A stretch of DNA of 64,000 bases, from sequence record OL436245.1; one strand, given 5' to 3'. Every line of letters begins with the position of its first letter. Within the stretch, counting starts at the first letter, position 1. This document shows positions 20,143 to 29,995 of this stretch, piece by piece. The notes beneath the pieces were generated by a model. The model saw only the letters and a program-made list of their open reading frames with translations, was not told where the DNA came from and did not search any database. The DNA is from Staphylococcus phage vB_SurM-PSU4. A program made the position numbers and the translations under genes.

Positions 20143-20454
20143 ATGGCAGTAATTGATATAGAAACAAAAGATTTTGATAATAAAACAAAAGAAGGGTTAA
20201 ACCTAGTTGATTTATGGGCACCTTGGTGTAGCGTATGTAAAATGGTTATGCCTTCTGTAGAAGCTATCGGTGAAGAATCTAATGACCTGGATGTTCTTAA
20301 AGTTAATATTGATGAAGAACCTGATGTATCTTCAAATCTTGGAGTTATGAGTATTCCTACATTGATACTATACAAAGATGGAGAAAAAGTAGATAGTATT
20401 AATGGTTTTGCACCTAAAGAAAAAATTGAGGAAATGATTGAAAAACATAAATAA
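20143..20454 (+). CDS. Thioredoxin (WCSVC active site)
   Basis: WAPWCSVCKM, and a cis-Pro region SIPTLILYKDG. Confidence 0.8.
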   Translation: MAVIDIETKDFDNKTKEGLNLVDLWAPWCSVCKMVMPSVEAIGEESNDLDVLKVNIDEEPDVSSNLGVMSIPTLILYKDGEKVDSINGFAPKEKIEEMIEKHK

Positions 20455-20470
20455 AAAAGGGGATATTTGA

Positions 20471-21820
20471 TTGATTACGCAAATTAAGAAACGTGACGGG
20501 TCTGTTGTGGAGTATGACCTAAATAAAATAACAAATGCTATCCTAAGAGCTAATACAGAAACGAATGAGTTCTTGGAAGATAATATCGATACTTTAGTAG
20601 AAGATGTAGATAGTCTATTAGAAGAAAAAGAAGAGACACTTACAGTAGAGTGTGTTCAAGATACAGTGGAAGAAGTATTGCTTGGTAGTAAGTATAAAGA
20701 TACTGCTAAGGCTTTTATTTTGTATAGAGACAAAAGAGATAGAGAACGTAGACGAGATATATTTAAACCAAGAAAAGAATTAAAACCTTATGAATACCCT
20801 GAATTACTAGAATATGCAGATGCTATTAGAAACAGTTATTGGATTCATACCGAATTTAATTATACAAGTGATATTCAAGACTTTAAACAAAATGTTAAAC
20901 CTCACGAACGAACTGCAATTAAAAATGCTATGTTAGCTATTGCACAAGTTGAAGTTGCTGTTAAAACATTTTGGGGTGACCTATATCATCGTATGCCTAA
21001 ATGGGAAACAGGTGCAGTTGGTGCAACGTTCTCAGAATCAGAAGTTAGACATGCTGATGCTTACTCTCACCTACTAGAATTGTTAGGATTAAATGAAGAA
21101 TTTAAACATATAGACGATATACCTGCATTAAGAGAGCGTGTAGATGAGCTTACTATGCACACTAAATTAAGTAAGAGTGAAGATAATAGAGACTATGTAC
21201 TATCAGTATTACTATTCTCACTATTTATTGAGCATGTATCATTATTCAGTCAATTCTTAATCATGATGAGTTTCAATAAACATAAGAACCTATTCAGAGG
21301 GTTATCTAATGCTATTGAGGCTACATCTAAAGAAGAACAAATTCATGGTCTATTTGGTATTGAAATTATTAATATCTTAAGAGGAGAACATCCTGAATGG
21401 TTCGATGGGGAAATGAAACGTACAGTATATGAAGCATGTGAACATTCATATGAAACAGAGAAAAAAGTTTTAGACTGGTTATATGAAGACGGTGAGTTAG
21501 AGTTCTTACCTAAGCGTACTGTAAAAGAATTTATTAAAAACAGATTAAACAATTCTTTAGAATCAATCGGATTTGAAAAATTATTTAAAATTGATGAAGA
21601 AGTGTTAGCAGAAACAGCATGGTTTGATGATGAAGTTATTAGTACGAAACTAACGGATTTCTTATCTAAACGTTCTGTTAACTATACTAAGTTTACAAAC
21701 ACAGTAACAGAAGATACACTATTCTCATCTAATTCAGAGTTTGAAGAAAATGAAGAAAAATTGTCTAAAGACAAGGTTAATGAGATTTTAAGAATGAGAA
21801 TGTTAACACTAGGTAATTAA
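20471..21820 (+). CDS. Ribonucleotide reductase beta (R2) subunit with an N-terminal ATP-cone
   Basis: Residues 1-95: ATP-cone (IKKRDGSVVEYDLNKI...YRDKRDRERRR). The rest is a ferritin-like R2 with E-x-x-H-x-x-x-Y (ESEVRHADAY) and a second E-x-x-H (EEQIHG). TTG start after a GGGGA RBS. Confidence 0.8.
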   Translation: MITQIKKRDGSVVEYDLNKITNAILRANTETNEFLEDNIDTLVEDVDSLLEEKEETLTVECVQDTVEEVLLGSKYKDTAKAFILYRDKRDRERRRDIFKPRKELKPYEYPELLEYADAIRNSYWIHTEFNYTSDIQDFKQNVKPHERTAIKNAMLAIAQVEVAVKTFWGDLYHRMPKWETGAVGATFSESEVRHADAYSHLLELLGLNEEFKHIDDIPALRERVDELTMHTKLSKSEDNRDYVLSVLLFSLFIEHVSLFSQFLIMMSFNKHKNLFRGLSNAIEATSKEEQIHGLFGIEIINILRGEHPEWFDGEMKRTVYEACEHSYETEKKVLDWLYEDGELEFLPKRTVKEFIKNRLNNSLESIGFEKLFKIDEEVLAETAWFDDEVISTKLTDFLSKRSVNYTKFTNTVTEDTLFSSNSEFEENEEKLSKDKVNEILRMRMLTLGN

Positions 21821-21836
21821 TGGAGGAGAATAGATA

Positions 21837-23519
21837 TTGGCAAACTTTGAATGGTTAAACACAGATTCACGAGTATTCTTAGAGAGAGGATACTTAAGTG
21901 AAGGTGAGACACCTGAACAACGAATTAAAGATATAGCAAATAAAGCTGAGGATATCTTAGGTATTGAAGGTTTTTCAGATAAATTTTATGACTACATGAG
22001 TAGAGGTTTTTACTCTTTATCAAGTCCTGTATGGGCTAACTTTGGTAAAGGTAAGGGATTAAGTATCAGCTGTTTTGGTAGTTATGTTGAAGATAACATC
22101 CCAAGTATTTTAAACTCTGCCAGTGAAGTAGGAATAATGAGTAAGTATGGTGGAGGTACTAGCGGTTACTTTGGTGAAATAAGACCTCGAGGTGCTAAAA
22201 TCACTGATAATGGAGAGACAAGTGGTTCTGTACATTTTATGAAATTATTTGAAACAGAAACAGATGTAGTATCTCAGGGAAACACACGTAGAGGACGTTT
22301 TAGTCCTTACTTACCTATTGACCACCCTGATATTGATGAATTTTTAGAAATAGGTACAGAAGGTAATCCAATCCAAAACATGACACATGCAGTATCTATT
22401 ACAGATGACTGGATGTTAGAGATGATTAATGGTGATAGAGAGAAACGTAGAATATGGTCTAAAGTACTTACACGTAGAACTCAACTAGGTTTCCCTTATA
22501 TATTCTTCCATACTAATGCTAATAAAAATACAGTAGATGTTTATAAAGATAAAGGATTAGTAATTAATAACTCAAACTTATGTTCAGAGATAATGTTACC
22601 TAATAAAGAAGATTGGTCATTTGTTTGTGACTTATCTAGTATGAACTTAGTTAAATATGAAGAATGGAAAGACACTGATGCAGTAGAAACAATGGTATAT
22701 TTCTTAGATGCAGTAATGAGTGAATTTATTTCAGACTTAGAGTCATTGAGAGATTCACAAGATAGAGAAGAAGTAGAAGCTTTTAAACTAATGGAACGTG
22801 CTTATAACTTTGCTAAAGAAAATCGTGCCTTAGGTTTAGGTGTGTTAGGTTGGCACTCATACTTACAATCTAAACTTATTCCTTTTGAAAGTGTAGAGGC
22901 AAGTAGATTAAATTCACAAATATTTGTTTTAATTAGAAAACGTGCATATAAAGCAAGTGAAGAGTTAGCAAACTTATTAGGAGAACCAGAAATTCTAAAA
23001 GGATACGGTAGACGTAACACAACGTTACTTGCTGTAGCTCCAACAACTTCAAGTTCATTCATTCTTGGACAAGTTTCTAAATCAATAGAACCTTTCATGA
23101 GTAACTACTATGTTGTTGATACTGCTAAAGTTAAAAAAACTATGATTAACCCTTATCTAAAAGAATTATTACAAGAAAAAGGTAAGGACACAAAAGAAGT
23201 GATGGAAAGTATTAGAGATAATGATGGTTCTGTTCAACACTTAGATTTCCTAAATCAAACAGAAAAAGAAGTATTTAAGACTTATGGGGAAATCAATCAA
23301 TATAATATTTTAGACCAAGCAGCAACAAGACAATATTATATTGACCAAGGACAATCTCTAAATATTATGGTTAATCCTACTAATGTTACTTCTGAAGAAT
23401 TAAATGAATTATACCTATTTGCTTGGGCTAATGGAATTAAATCATTATATTACCAACATGGTACTAATGCAGCACAACAATTCAACCTATCAAAACTATG
23501 TATTAATTGCGAAGCTTAA
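21837..23519 (+). CDS. Ribonucleotide reductase alpha (R1) catalytic subunit, short (560 aa), no ATP-cone
   Basis: Catalytic NSNLCSEIM motif (Cys/Glu), C-terminal redox pair CINC. TTG start after TGGAGGAG. Confidence 0.8.
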   Translation: MANFEWLNTDSRVFLERGYLSEGETPEQRIKDIANKAEDILGIEGFSDKFYDYMSRGFYSLSSPVWANFGKGKGLSISCFGSYVEDNIPSILNSASEVGIMSKYGGGTSGYFGEIRPRGAKITDNGETSGSVHFMKLFETETDVVSQGNTRRGRFSPYLPIDHPDIDEFLEIGTEGNPIQNMTHAVSITDDWMLEMINGDREKRRIWSKVLTRRTQLGFPYIFFHTNANKNTVDVYKDKGLVINNSNLCSEIMLPNKEDWSFVCDLSSMNLVKYEEWKDTDAVETMVYFLDAVMSEFISDLESLRDSQDREEVEAFKLMERAYNFAKENRALGLGVLGWHSYLQSKLIPFESVEASRLNSQIFVLIRKRAYKASEELANLLGEPEILKGYGRRNTTLLAVAPTTSSSFILGQVSKSIEPFMSNYYVVDTAKVKKTMINPYLKELLQEKGKDTKEVMESIRDNDGSVQHLDFLNQTEKEVFKTYGEINQYNILDQAATRQYYIDQGQSLNIMVNPTNVTSEELNELYLFAWANGIKSLYYQHGTNAAQQFNLSKLCINCEA

Positions 23520-23536
23520 CAATAAAGGAGATTATT

Positions 23537-23899
23537 ATGGAGCCTAAAAAGATTGAACAAGTAGAAAGTTTAGTAGAATTAGAAACTTTAGCTGGAACTA
23601 ATGATAAGTTATTAGTAATGATTAGTGAAGATAATTGTGGTTTTTGTTCTATGTTAGAGTTTGGTATTGGAAGTTATATAGATGCCTTACAATTAGATAT
23701 TCACTCAGTTAACTTAAATACAGACCAAGCTAAAGAAGGAAAAGAAACTGTAGAAAAGTATTTTGATATTAAAGAAGTACCTACACTATTAGGTTTTAAA
23801 GATGGAGAGCTAGTTTCTCAAAAAGAAATAAAAGAACCTACAGAAGGTATTAATAAAATGGATGCTTTAGTAAAAGACTTAGGAATTAGTTTAAGCTAA
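23537..23899 (+). CDS. Thioredoxin-fold protein (CGFC) directly downstream of the RNR alpha subunit
   Basis: EDNCGFCSML CxxC motif. ATG at 23537 follows AAAGGAG; the track's start at 23507 lies inside the upstream gene. Confidence 0.65.
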   Translation: MEPKKIEQVESLVELETLAGTNDKLLVMISEDNCGFCSMLEFGIGSYIDALQLDIHSVNLNTDQAKEGKETVEKYFDIKEVPTLLGFKDGELVSQKEIKEPTEGINKMDALVKDLGISLS

Positions 23900-23904
23900 T
23901 TATA

Positions 23905-23960
23905 TTTTGAATACACCACTACTTATGTTATAATATATGTAACAGGGTAGTGGTGTTTTT
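23905..23960 (+). promoter_or_regulatory. Hairpin terminator (CACCACTAC...GTAGTGGTG plus T6) overlapping a TTGAAT...TATAAT promoter
   Basis: TTGAATACACCACTACTTATGTTATAAT. Confidence 0.45.
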
Positions 23961-23987
23961 TAATATAAAATTAAAGGAGAATTAAAG

Positions 23988-24716
23988 TTGGGTAAAAATA
24001 AAACACTGACTATATATAATAGTGATAGGTACTTTAACATTCATACAAAGACAAAAGATGAATTCCAAGAGTACATAAAAGTAACTAGACTTAATGAAGA
24101 TGAAATAGAAAAAGAAATGAATGAATTAGAAAAGAAGTCTAAGAGATACAAAGCTAAGACAGATAAGAAGTACATGTTATTTAATGAACAGTATAATAAT
24201 GATAGGCTTATAGAAAAGATATGTTCACATAGTAGTGGGGTTACATTTTATACAGATACAGTTGTTCCTTACTATGTATTTAAACAATTATCTAATAATA
24301 AAAACTCTACTGTAGTTTATCAAATGAAAGAAGATTTCACAGATAAACAAATTGATAATATATCTTTAAGTTATATGGGTGTGAAAGTAGTTATTGATGT
24401 AGCTATTACTTTCCCTTATGTTAACCCCTATCTTATTATTAAAGGTCTATATAGTTTGAAGATGAGTGTAGATGAGATTCATTTATCATTTCCTAGACTA
24501 ACAAGTATCCAAGAAGACCAAGAAGAGTATTACTTCTATGATGGGGAAGGGTATGATGTTAAACCTGATTACAAATATGATTTTACAACTAAACTAAGAC
24601 TCCCATTATCGGTATGGAAAATGTATCTCTATATAATAACAAACACAGATAAAGACTACGAAGATGTAACTAAAATAATTACCAAAGTCAAAAAGGAGAA
24701 TAATATAACCTCATGA
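23988..24716 (+). CDS. Hypothetical protein (242 aa)
   Basis: TTG start after AAAGGAGAATTAAAG. Confidence 0.6.
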   Translation: MGKNKTLTIYNSDRYFNIHTKTKDEFQEYIKVTRLNEDEIEKEMNELEKKSKRYKAKTDKKYMLFNEQYNNDRLIEKICSHSSGVTFYTDTVVPYYVFKQLSNNKNSTVVYQMKEDFTDKQIDNISLSYMGVKVVIDVAITFPYVNPYLIIKGLYSLKMSVDEIHLSFPRLTSIQEDQEEYYFYDGEGYDVKPDYKYDFTTKLRLPLSVWKMYLYIITNTDKDYEDVTKIITKVKKENNITS

Positions 24717-25012
24717 TTAACAGAAAAGACTTAGCTAGAAGAATATCTGATAAGACAGGTTATTTTATAAGAGATATAGAAGAAATACTAGAAGCCGAAG
24801 AAGATAGTATAGCAGAATTTATATCAGAAGGACATAAGAAAATCAAACATCATAAACTATTTCAATTAGAGATTAAGACTAGACCAAGTAAGACAGCTTA
24901 TGATGGATTTAATAAAGAATATTTTGAATTACCAGAGAGAAAATATATAGAATTTAAACCTTTAACACAACTAGAAAAAGCAATAGAAGATTTAAACACA
25001 GAAAGCAATTAG
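24713..25012 (+). CDS. HU/IHF-like DNA-binding protein
   Basis: Aligns along its length with bacterial HU (N-terminal helix, beta-arm region ...KLFQLEIKTRPSK..., C-terminal FKPLTQLEKAI matching HU FKPGKALKDAV). Confidence 0.5.
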   Translation: MINRKDLARRISDKTGYFIRDIEEILEAEEDSIAEFISEGHKKIKHHKLFQLEIKTRPSKTAYDGFNKEYFELPERKYIEFKPLTQLEKAIEDLNTESN

Positions 25013-25032
25013 TACTTGCTTTCTTTTTTTAT
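24998..25032 (+). terminator. Terminator (GAAAGCAA-TTAGTAC-TTGCTTTC plus T8)
   Basis: Perfect 8-bp stem and a long T-run. Confidence 0.6.
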
Positions 25033-25077
25033 TTATGCTATACTATATACATAACGAATAAAAGGAGGATAAAAGAA

Positions 25078-25356
25078 ATGAAAATAACAGTACAGGATTT
25101 ATTTGACAAGTATGACTTAGAGAGATACCTAAGAACAACAACAGAGGTAAATATTCAGAATGAAACAATCGAAGAAAGGGTTGCTGAGGAGGTTGATTAT
25201 GCTTTCAATACACAGAATCTTAACAGAAAGGATTTAGTAAATAATATCACTTCAACTGTGTTAGAATACTTAGAGGGAAAAAGTGATGTTACAAAAGGAC
25301 ATATAACTTTAGATGACTTTGCTAACCATGATACAATTGAAATTGAGGAGGAATAA
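25078..25356 (+). CDS. Hypothetical acidic protein (92 aa)
   Basis: RBS AAAAGGAGGATAAAAGAAATG. Confidence 0.6.
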   Translation: MKITVQDLFDKYDLERYLRTTTEVNIQNETIEERVAEEVDYAFNTQNLNRKDLVNNITSTVLEYLEGKSDVTKGHITLDDFANHDTIEIEEE

Positions 25357-25358
25357 CT

Positions 25359-28300
25359 TTGAAAGTTTTATTTTTATTAGATTTCATAAGGGTAGACCAT
25401 TACGACAATAATGGACATTGGAAATACTTGCAAACACAGAATGGTAAAACATTTAAACAAGTTATAGAATCAACAACAAGTTTAAGAAGAGAAGGACAAC
25501 GTAAAGATTATGTATTTGACTACGTATATAATCAAATTCCTCAACCTATTTACAATAACTATGGTAAGGTTATTAAATATGAAGACGTAAAGCTAACAGA
25601 AGCTAAACCTTTCATGGAAGAACTTAAAGCTAGAATAGAAGAAATCAAACCAGATATTATAGTACCTACAGGTAAGTTAGGTATTAAGATGTTATTGAAT
25701 GTAACTAAGTTAGGTTCTGTTAGAGGGGTTCCTAAAAAGGTAGATATAGGGGAGGTTTCTACTTGGGTATTACCGACATATAGTATTGAATATACAAATG
25801 TAAATAAAAACAGTGAAAGACAAGTCTTAGCTGATATGGATATATTAGAAAGATATGTACAAAACGGTGAAGAAGTCTTTAAACCTAAAGAAGTTAAATA
25901 TGAGTTTGTAGATAATATTGAAAGAGTAAGAGAAATATTTACTAAAGAAGTTAAGCAAGATGAGAATGATGGTGTAGATATAACTGCATGGGATTTAGAA
26001 ACCAATTCATTAAGACCAGACTTAGAAGGAAGTAAAGCTCTAGTAGCATCTCTAAGTTGGAAGAATGGTCAAGGAGTAACAATACCTTTATACAAATCAG
26101 ATTTTGAGTGGGCTAATGGACAACAAGATATTGATGAAGTGTTAAGTTTAATGAAAGAATGGTTAGCTGATAAAGAAGATGTAAAAGTTGGACACAACAT
26201 AGGTTATGATGAGAATTTCTTAATGTCTACAGAAAATATACAAGAGTATGAAAATGTAGAAGACACTAAAGTGGGTTGGTATTTAGCAGTATCTCAAGAA
26301 GCTAGTGAGTCTTTAAGACTTACAAATTTAGCTTATGAAGCCACTGATATGGGTGGGTATGATGAACCATTAGAAAACTTTAAAGTATGGTTTGTTACAA
26401 AACTATTAAAAGATTTAGATAAAGAAATGAAAGAGATACAAAAAGAAAATAAGAAGATAGCTAAAAAAGAATATGGTATTAAAGCAAATGAATATAAGAA
26501 GTGGATAGAAGACAATATCGATTTCACTAAAGATTTAGAAGAACAATACACTAACTTAAAGCTTAATCCAGAAGTTATAACAAAAGAACATATTAATGAC
26601 AAAGTATTAGAAGAATCTGAAGAATATGTGAACTTATCTGATAAAGGTAAAGTATATACCCTAGAAACAGCTATTAGTTTGATTAATAAATTCAGAGAAC
26701 AGAAGAATGTTGTTAATGAAGTAGATGGAGGTAAGTTTAGTTACGACTGGTTCCCTATAGAACTAATGCACCCTTATGCTAGTGGAGATGTTGATGTATG
26801 TCGAAGAATTTATTGTGAAGTATTAAGAAAGCTAGAGAAACAAGACAGACCTAAAGCTCTTAGACTTCTAAAGGAAGATTACCCAAGACTAACAAGAACA
26901 TTAGCTAGAATACAAAGCAATGGTTTCCATATGGATAAAGATTATATGAAAAAGAATGATGAAGCTTATAGAGAAGAGATGGAAAAAACTCATGAAGAAA
27001 TGAGAAAACATTGGTCAGTTATTGAGTTTGAAGAAATAAGATATAATCTCTTTGAAAAAGGTTTAGAAGAATTTGAAAACAAACCACCTAAAGATAGAGA
27101 CAAAGAGTTAGCTGAGTATAGAACGAAGTTTAAAGATGGTGGTTGGAAGTTTAGCCCAAGTTCAGGAGAACATAAAGGTGAAATATTATATGACATTTTA
27201 GGTATATCATTACCTTATGATAAACAGTATGTAAAAGATAAACCTTTCAATGCAAATATTCCTGAGAGTGAATTAACGTGGAAAGACTATAGAACAAATA
27301 AAGATGCTATAGACTATGCTTTAGATAAAGAAGAAAACGAAAGTACTAAAGAACTTTTAGAACTAATGCAATACTATGCAACTTTACAAACTAAGAGAAC
27401 TGGGTTTACTTATAAATTACCTAGAATTATAAATAAAGAAACAGGTAATTTACATCCTGGGTATAACATCACAGGAACAGAAACTTCTAGGTTAAGTAGT
27501 AGTAATCCTAACATCCAACAAATTCCTGCACATACAAGTGATGTAGATAAATTTGACTATAAACATCCTATTAAGTCTTCTTTTATTTCCAGACATAAGG
27601 ATGGTGTTATTCTTCAATTTGACTATTCAGCCCTAGAGATGCGTATTATGGGAGCTTACACAAAAGACGAACATATGCTTCAAGCTTTCTTAGACGGTGA
27701 GGATTTCCATAAATCTACTGCAAGTATTGTTTATGGTAAACCTATAAGTGAAGTAACTTCAGAAGAGAGACAAGCTACAAAAGCTGTAAACTTCGGTATT
27801 GCCTATGGACAATCTTCATCCACTCTAGCAAATAATTTAGGTATATCTAAAGAAGAAGGGGAAGAAATATTTAATAAATATTATGCTACTAAACCTAAGG
27901 TTAAAGACTCTATAGACTATGTTCATAATTTTGTTCAGGAAAATGGTTATGTAGAAACAATGAGCGGACATAGAAGATTTTTAGCAGATGCTCAAAGTAT
28001 GGATAAGAAAAAGAGAAGTGAAGCTTTGAGACAATCATATAATACAGTTATACAAGGGTCAGGGTCTTATTTAACAAATATGGCTTTAACCTATATAGAT
28101 GATTATATACAAGGAAAAAACATGAAAAGTGATATTGTAGCTACAGTACATGATAGTATCGTACTAGATTGTCCACCTGAAGAGGTTAGTATTATGTATA
28201 AAGTTGTAAAGACTATAATGGAGAATCTACCTTTTGATTTCTTAAAGGTAGAATACAAGGGAGAAAATATACAATACCCTATAGCATCTGATGCTGAAAT

Positions 28301-28499
28301 AGGTTTTAACTATAATGATGCTGTTGAATATGATGAAGAAGAAGTAAAAGAATTTAATTCTTTTAAAGGTTATATTAATTATTATTTATCTTTACAGAAA
28401 CTTAAAGATTACTTTGAATCTAAGAAGATTAATGAAGAGCAATATAAAGAAGCAATTAGGCAAGTGGAAGAACAGAAACATTTATATCAAGAAATGTAA
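25359..28499 (+). CDS. Family-A DNA polymerase with 3'-5' exonuclease, not interrupted by introns
   Basis: Exo I ITAWDLETNSL; pol motif A DYSALEMRIMGAY; motif B RQATKAVNFGIAYGQS; motif C VATVHDSIVLD. Continuous 1046-aa ORF. Confidence 0.9.
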   Translation: MKVLFLLDFIRVDHYDNNGHWKYLQTQNGKTFKQVIESTTSLRREGQRKDYVFDYVYNQIPQPIYNNYGKVIKYEDVKLTEAKPFMEELKARIEEIKPDIIVPTGKLGIKMLLNVTKLGSVRGVPKKVDIGEVSTWVLPTYSIEYTNVNKNSERQVLADMDILERYVQNGEEVFKPKEVKYEFVDNIERVREIFTKEVKQDENDGVDITAWDLETNSLRPDLEGSKALVASLSWKNGQGVTIPLYKSDFEWANGQQDIDEVLSLMKEWLADKEDVKVGHNIGYDENFLMSTENIQEYENVEDTKVGWYLAVSQEASESLRLTNLAYEATDMGGYDEPLENFKVWFVTKLLKDLDKEMKEIQKENKKIAKKEYGIKANEYKKWIEDNIDFTKDLEEQYTNLKLNPEVITKEHINDKVLEESEEYVNLSDKGKVYTLETAISLINKFREQKNVVNEVDGGKFSYDWFPIELMHPYASGDVDVCRRIYCEVLRKLEKQDRPKALRLLKEDYPRLTRTLARIQSNGFHMDKDYMKKNDEAYREEMEKTHEEMRKHWSVIEFEEIRYNLFEKGLEEFENKPPKDRDKELAEYRTKFKDGGWKFSPSSGEHKGEILYDILGISLPYDKQYVKDKPFNANIPESELTWKDYRTNKDAIDYALDKEENESTKELLELMQYYATLQTKRTGFTYKLPRIINKETGNLHPGYNITGTETSRLSSSNPNIQQIPAHTSDVDKFDYKHPIKSSFISRHKDGVILQFDYSALEMRIMGAYTKDEHMLQAFLDGEDFHKSTASIVYGKPISEVTSEERQATKAVNFGIAYGQSSSTLANNLGISKEEGEEIFNKYYATKPKVKDSIDYVHNFVQENGYVETMSGHRRFLADAQSMDKKKRSEALRQSYNTVIQGSGSYLTNMALTYIDDYIQGKNMKSDIVATVHDSIVLDCPPEEVSIMYKVVKTIMENLPFDFLKVEYKGENIQYPIASDAEIGFNYNDAVEYDEEEVKEFNSFKGYINYYLSLQKLKDYFESKKINEEQYKEAIRQVEEQKHLYQEM

Positions 28500-28510
28500 A
28501 AAAAAAGTTT

Positions 28511-28549
28511 AGGAAACCTATTGACTTAGGTTTCCTTTTATTATATACT
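28511..28549 (+). promoter_or_regulatory. Fused terminator and promoter: AGGAAACCTA-TTGACT-TAGGTTTCCT hairpin, then TATACT
   Basis: TTGACT at 28521-28526 forms the loop of a 10-bp stem. 17-bp spacer, then TATACT at 28544-28549. Confidence 0.55.
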
Positions 28550-28578
28550 TGTATTAGAAATAAAGAGGAGGAGATAAC

Positions 28579-28941
28579 ATGATTGATTTATTAGAAAAAT
28601 ATTTTTTGTCTAAAGAAAACAAAGAAAAATTAACAATCGGAATATTTGAATTATATAACGTGAGAAAAAAAATGGAAGTTATAGACTTTCATGTATCTAT
28701 ACCATACTTGTATATGGGATTTGCAGACAATACTCCAGGAAGTTTAAGAAAAGTAGATATAGATGTTTACCATATAAGTGATTATAATTTTGTAGTGAAT
28801 AGTAAAGAACTAAGAGGACTTAAAGAGTTAGTAGAATATATTAAAGAAGAAGTTAAAAAAGAATCAGATTATATATTAAATGAACGTAAACAAGAAGAAG
28901 AATTCTTTGAAACTCTTAATACTATATTGGAGGAATTATAA
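28579..28941 (+). CDS. Hypothetical protein (120 aa)
   Basis: RBS AAGAGGAGGAG. Confidence 0.6.
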   Translation: MIDLLEKYFLSKENKEKLTIGIFELYNVRKKMEVIDFHVSIPYLYMGFADNTPGSLRKVDIDVYHISDYNFVVNSKELRGLKELVEYIKEEVKKESDYILNERKQEEEFFETLNTILEEL

Positions 28942-29453
28942 TGATTAACTTTGAAGATTTAAAGGTATATGGTAATGAATTGCTCATTACGAGCCCATTC
29001 AGAGACTTTGAGAGACTTGTTGTTAGGCAAAAAGAAAATGAAGAACCTAAACCAATTGTAGATAAAGTTCATGAGATTTGGGAGGATTATGAAGATGAAT
29101 TTTATCCATTCCAAGTTTACGTACTTGTTAATTTAGATATGAAAGGGTATAAAGATTATACAATACTACCTATCTATGTAGGTTGGGCAAGTTATGTTTC
29201 CGTTCCTAAACGAAAACTAGAATTAGAATCAAATGAAAATATTAATAAATCTATATTAACAACACTTAAGGGTTATGTAGAAGAATTCAATGAAAATGAA
29301 AAGAAAAGGGATTTGGATTATCGTAGATACTATGACTCAAGTAATATAGAAGCTAAACTTTACAGAGATATTGATGCAGAACTTACCTTAACTTGGGAAC
29401 ACGAAGATAAAGAATATAAAGATTTTATTAAAGAATGGAGAAAATTTGATTAA
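28941..29453 (+). CDS. Hypothetical protein (170 aa)
   Basis: Coupled ATAATG start. Confidence 0.6.
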   Translation: MINFEDLKVYGNELLITSPFRDFERLVVRQKENEEPKPIVDKVHEIWEDYEDEFYPFQVYVLVNLDMKGYKDYTILPIYVGWASYVSVPKRKLELESNENINKSILTTLKGYVEEFNENEKKRDLDYRRYYDSSNIEAKLYRDIDAELTLTWEHEDKEYKDFIKEWRKFD

Positions 29454-29465
29454 GGGGAGATATAA

Positions 29466-29594
29466 ATGAATAAATACGATACAGATTATCAAGAAGCACT
29501 AATCAAAGAGAATGAGGAACTAAGAAAAGAAAACAAAGAGCTTAAAGCTCAAATTGAAGAACTAAGTAGATTTTCAGAAGAAGGTGGAAAATAA
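29466..29594 (+). CDS. Small coiled-coil protein (42 aa)
   Basis: ATG after GGGGAG. Absent from the track because it is under 60 aa. Confidence 0.35.
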   Translation: MNKYDTDYQEALIKENEELRKENKELKAQIEELSRFSEEGGK

Positions 29595-29607
29595 TTTAAA
29601 ATAATGA

Positions 29608-29636
29608 TTGACATTACTTTTGAGTCGTGATACAAT
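29608..29636 (+). promoter_or_regulatory. Sigma-A-like promoter (TTGACA, 17-bp spacer, TACAAT)
   Basis: Sequence GATTGACATTACTTTTGAGTCGTGATACAATT. Confidence 0.5.
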
Positions 29637-29665
29637 TAGTATATAAAATTAAAGGAGAGATTTAA

Positions 29666-29917
29666 ATGATTACAGAAAAACAAAACCGTATTATTGAAGT
29701 ATTAGAAAACGAAGGATTAGAAGTAGATGGAAGTCAAGGGTATTATATTGTTGAGGATTCGGAAGGACATTCAATTACAATGGATTTTGTAGAAGATTAT
29801 TACGCAGAGATTTTAGATAATGATTTAATAAAAACAACAGTTAGTTTAGACCAAGAACACTTAATATTAACAGAAGTATTAGATGCTTTAGACTACGACT
29901 TTGAGGAGGTTTTATAA
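29666..29917 (+). CDS. Hypothetical acidic protein (83 aa)
   Basis: RBS AAAGGAGAGATTTAAATG. Confidence 0.6.
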   Translation: MITEKQNRIIEVLENEGLEVDGSQGYYIVEDSEGHSITMDFVEDYYAEILDNDLIKTTVSLDQEHLILTEVLDALDYDFEEVL

Positions 29918-29995
29918 TGGTACTTTTAGATTTTTTATTTGATGAATATGGTGAAGTTGAAAAATAAATATATATATCTAAGTATAGGAGGAATT

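Noticed and set aside
25359-28499. Possible group I intron or intein in the DNA polymerase or RNR genes, which are common in related phages
   Set aside because: Both polA (1046 aa) and the RNR alpha subunit are single continuous ORFs with all motifs in order and collinear spacing. No interruption is visible.
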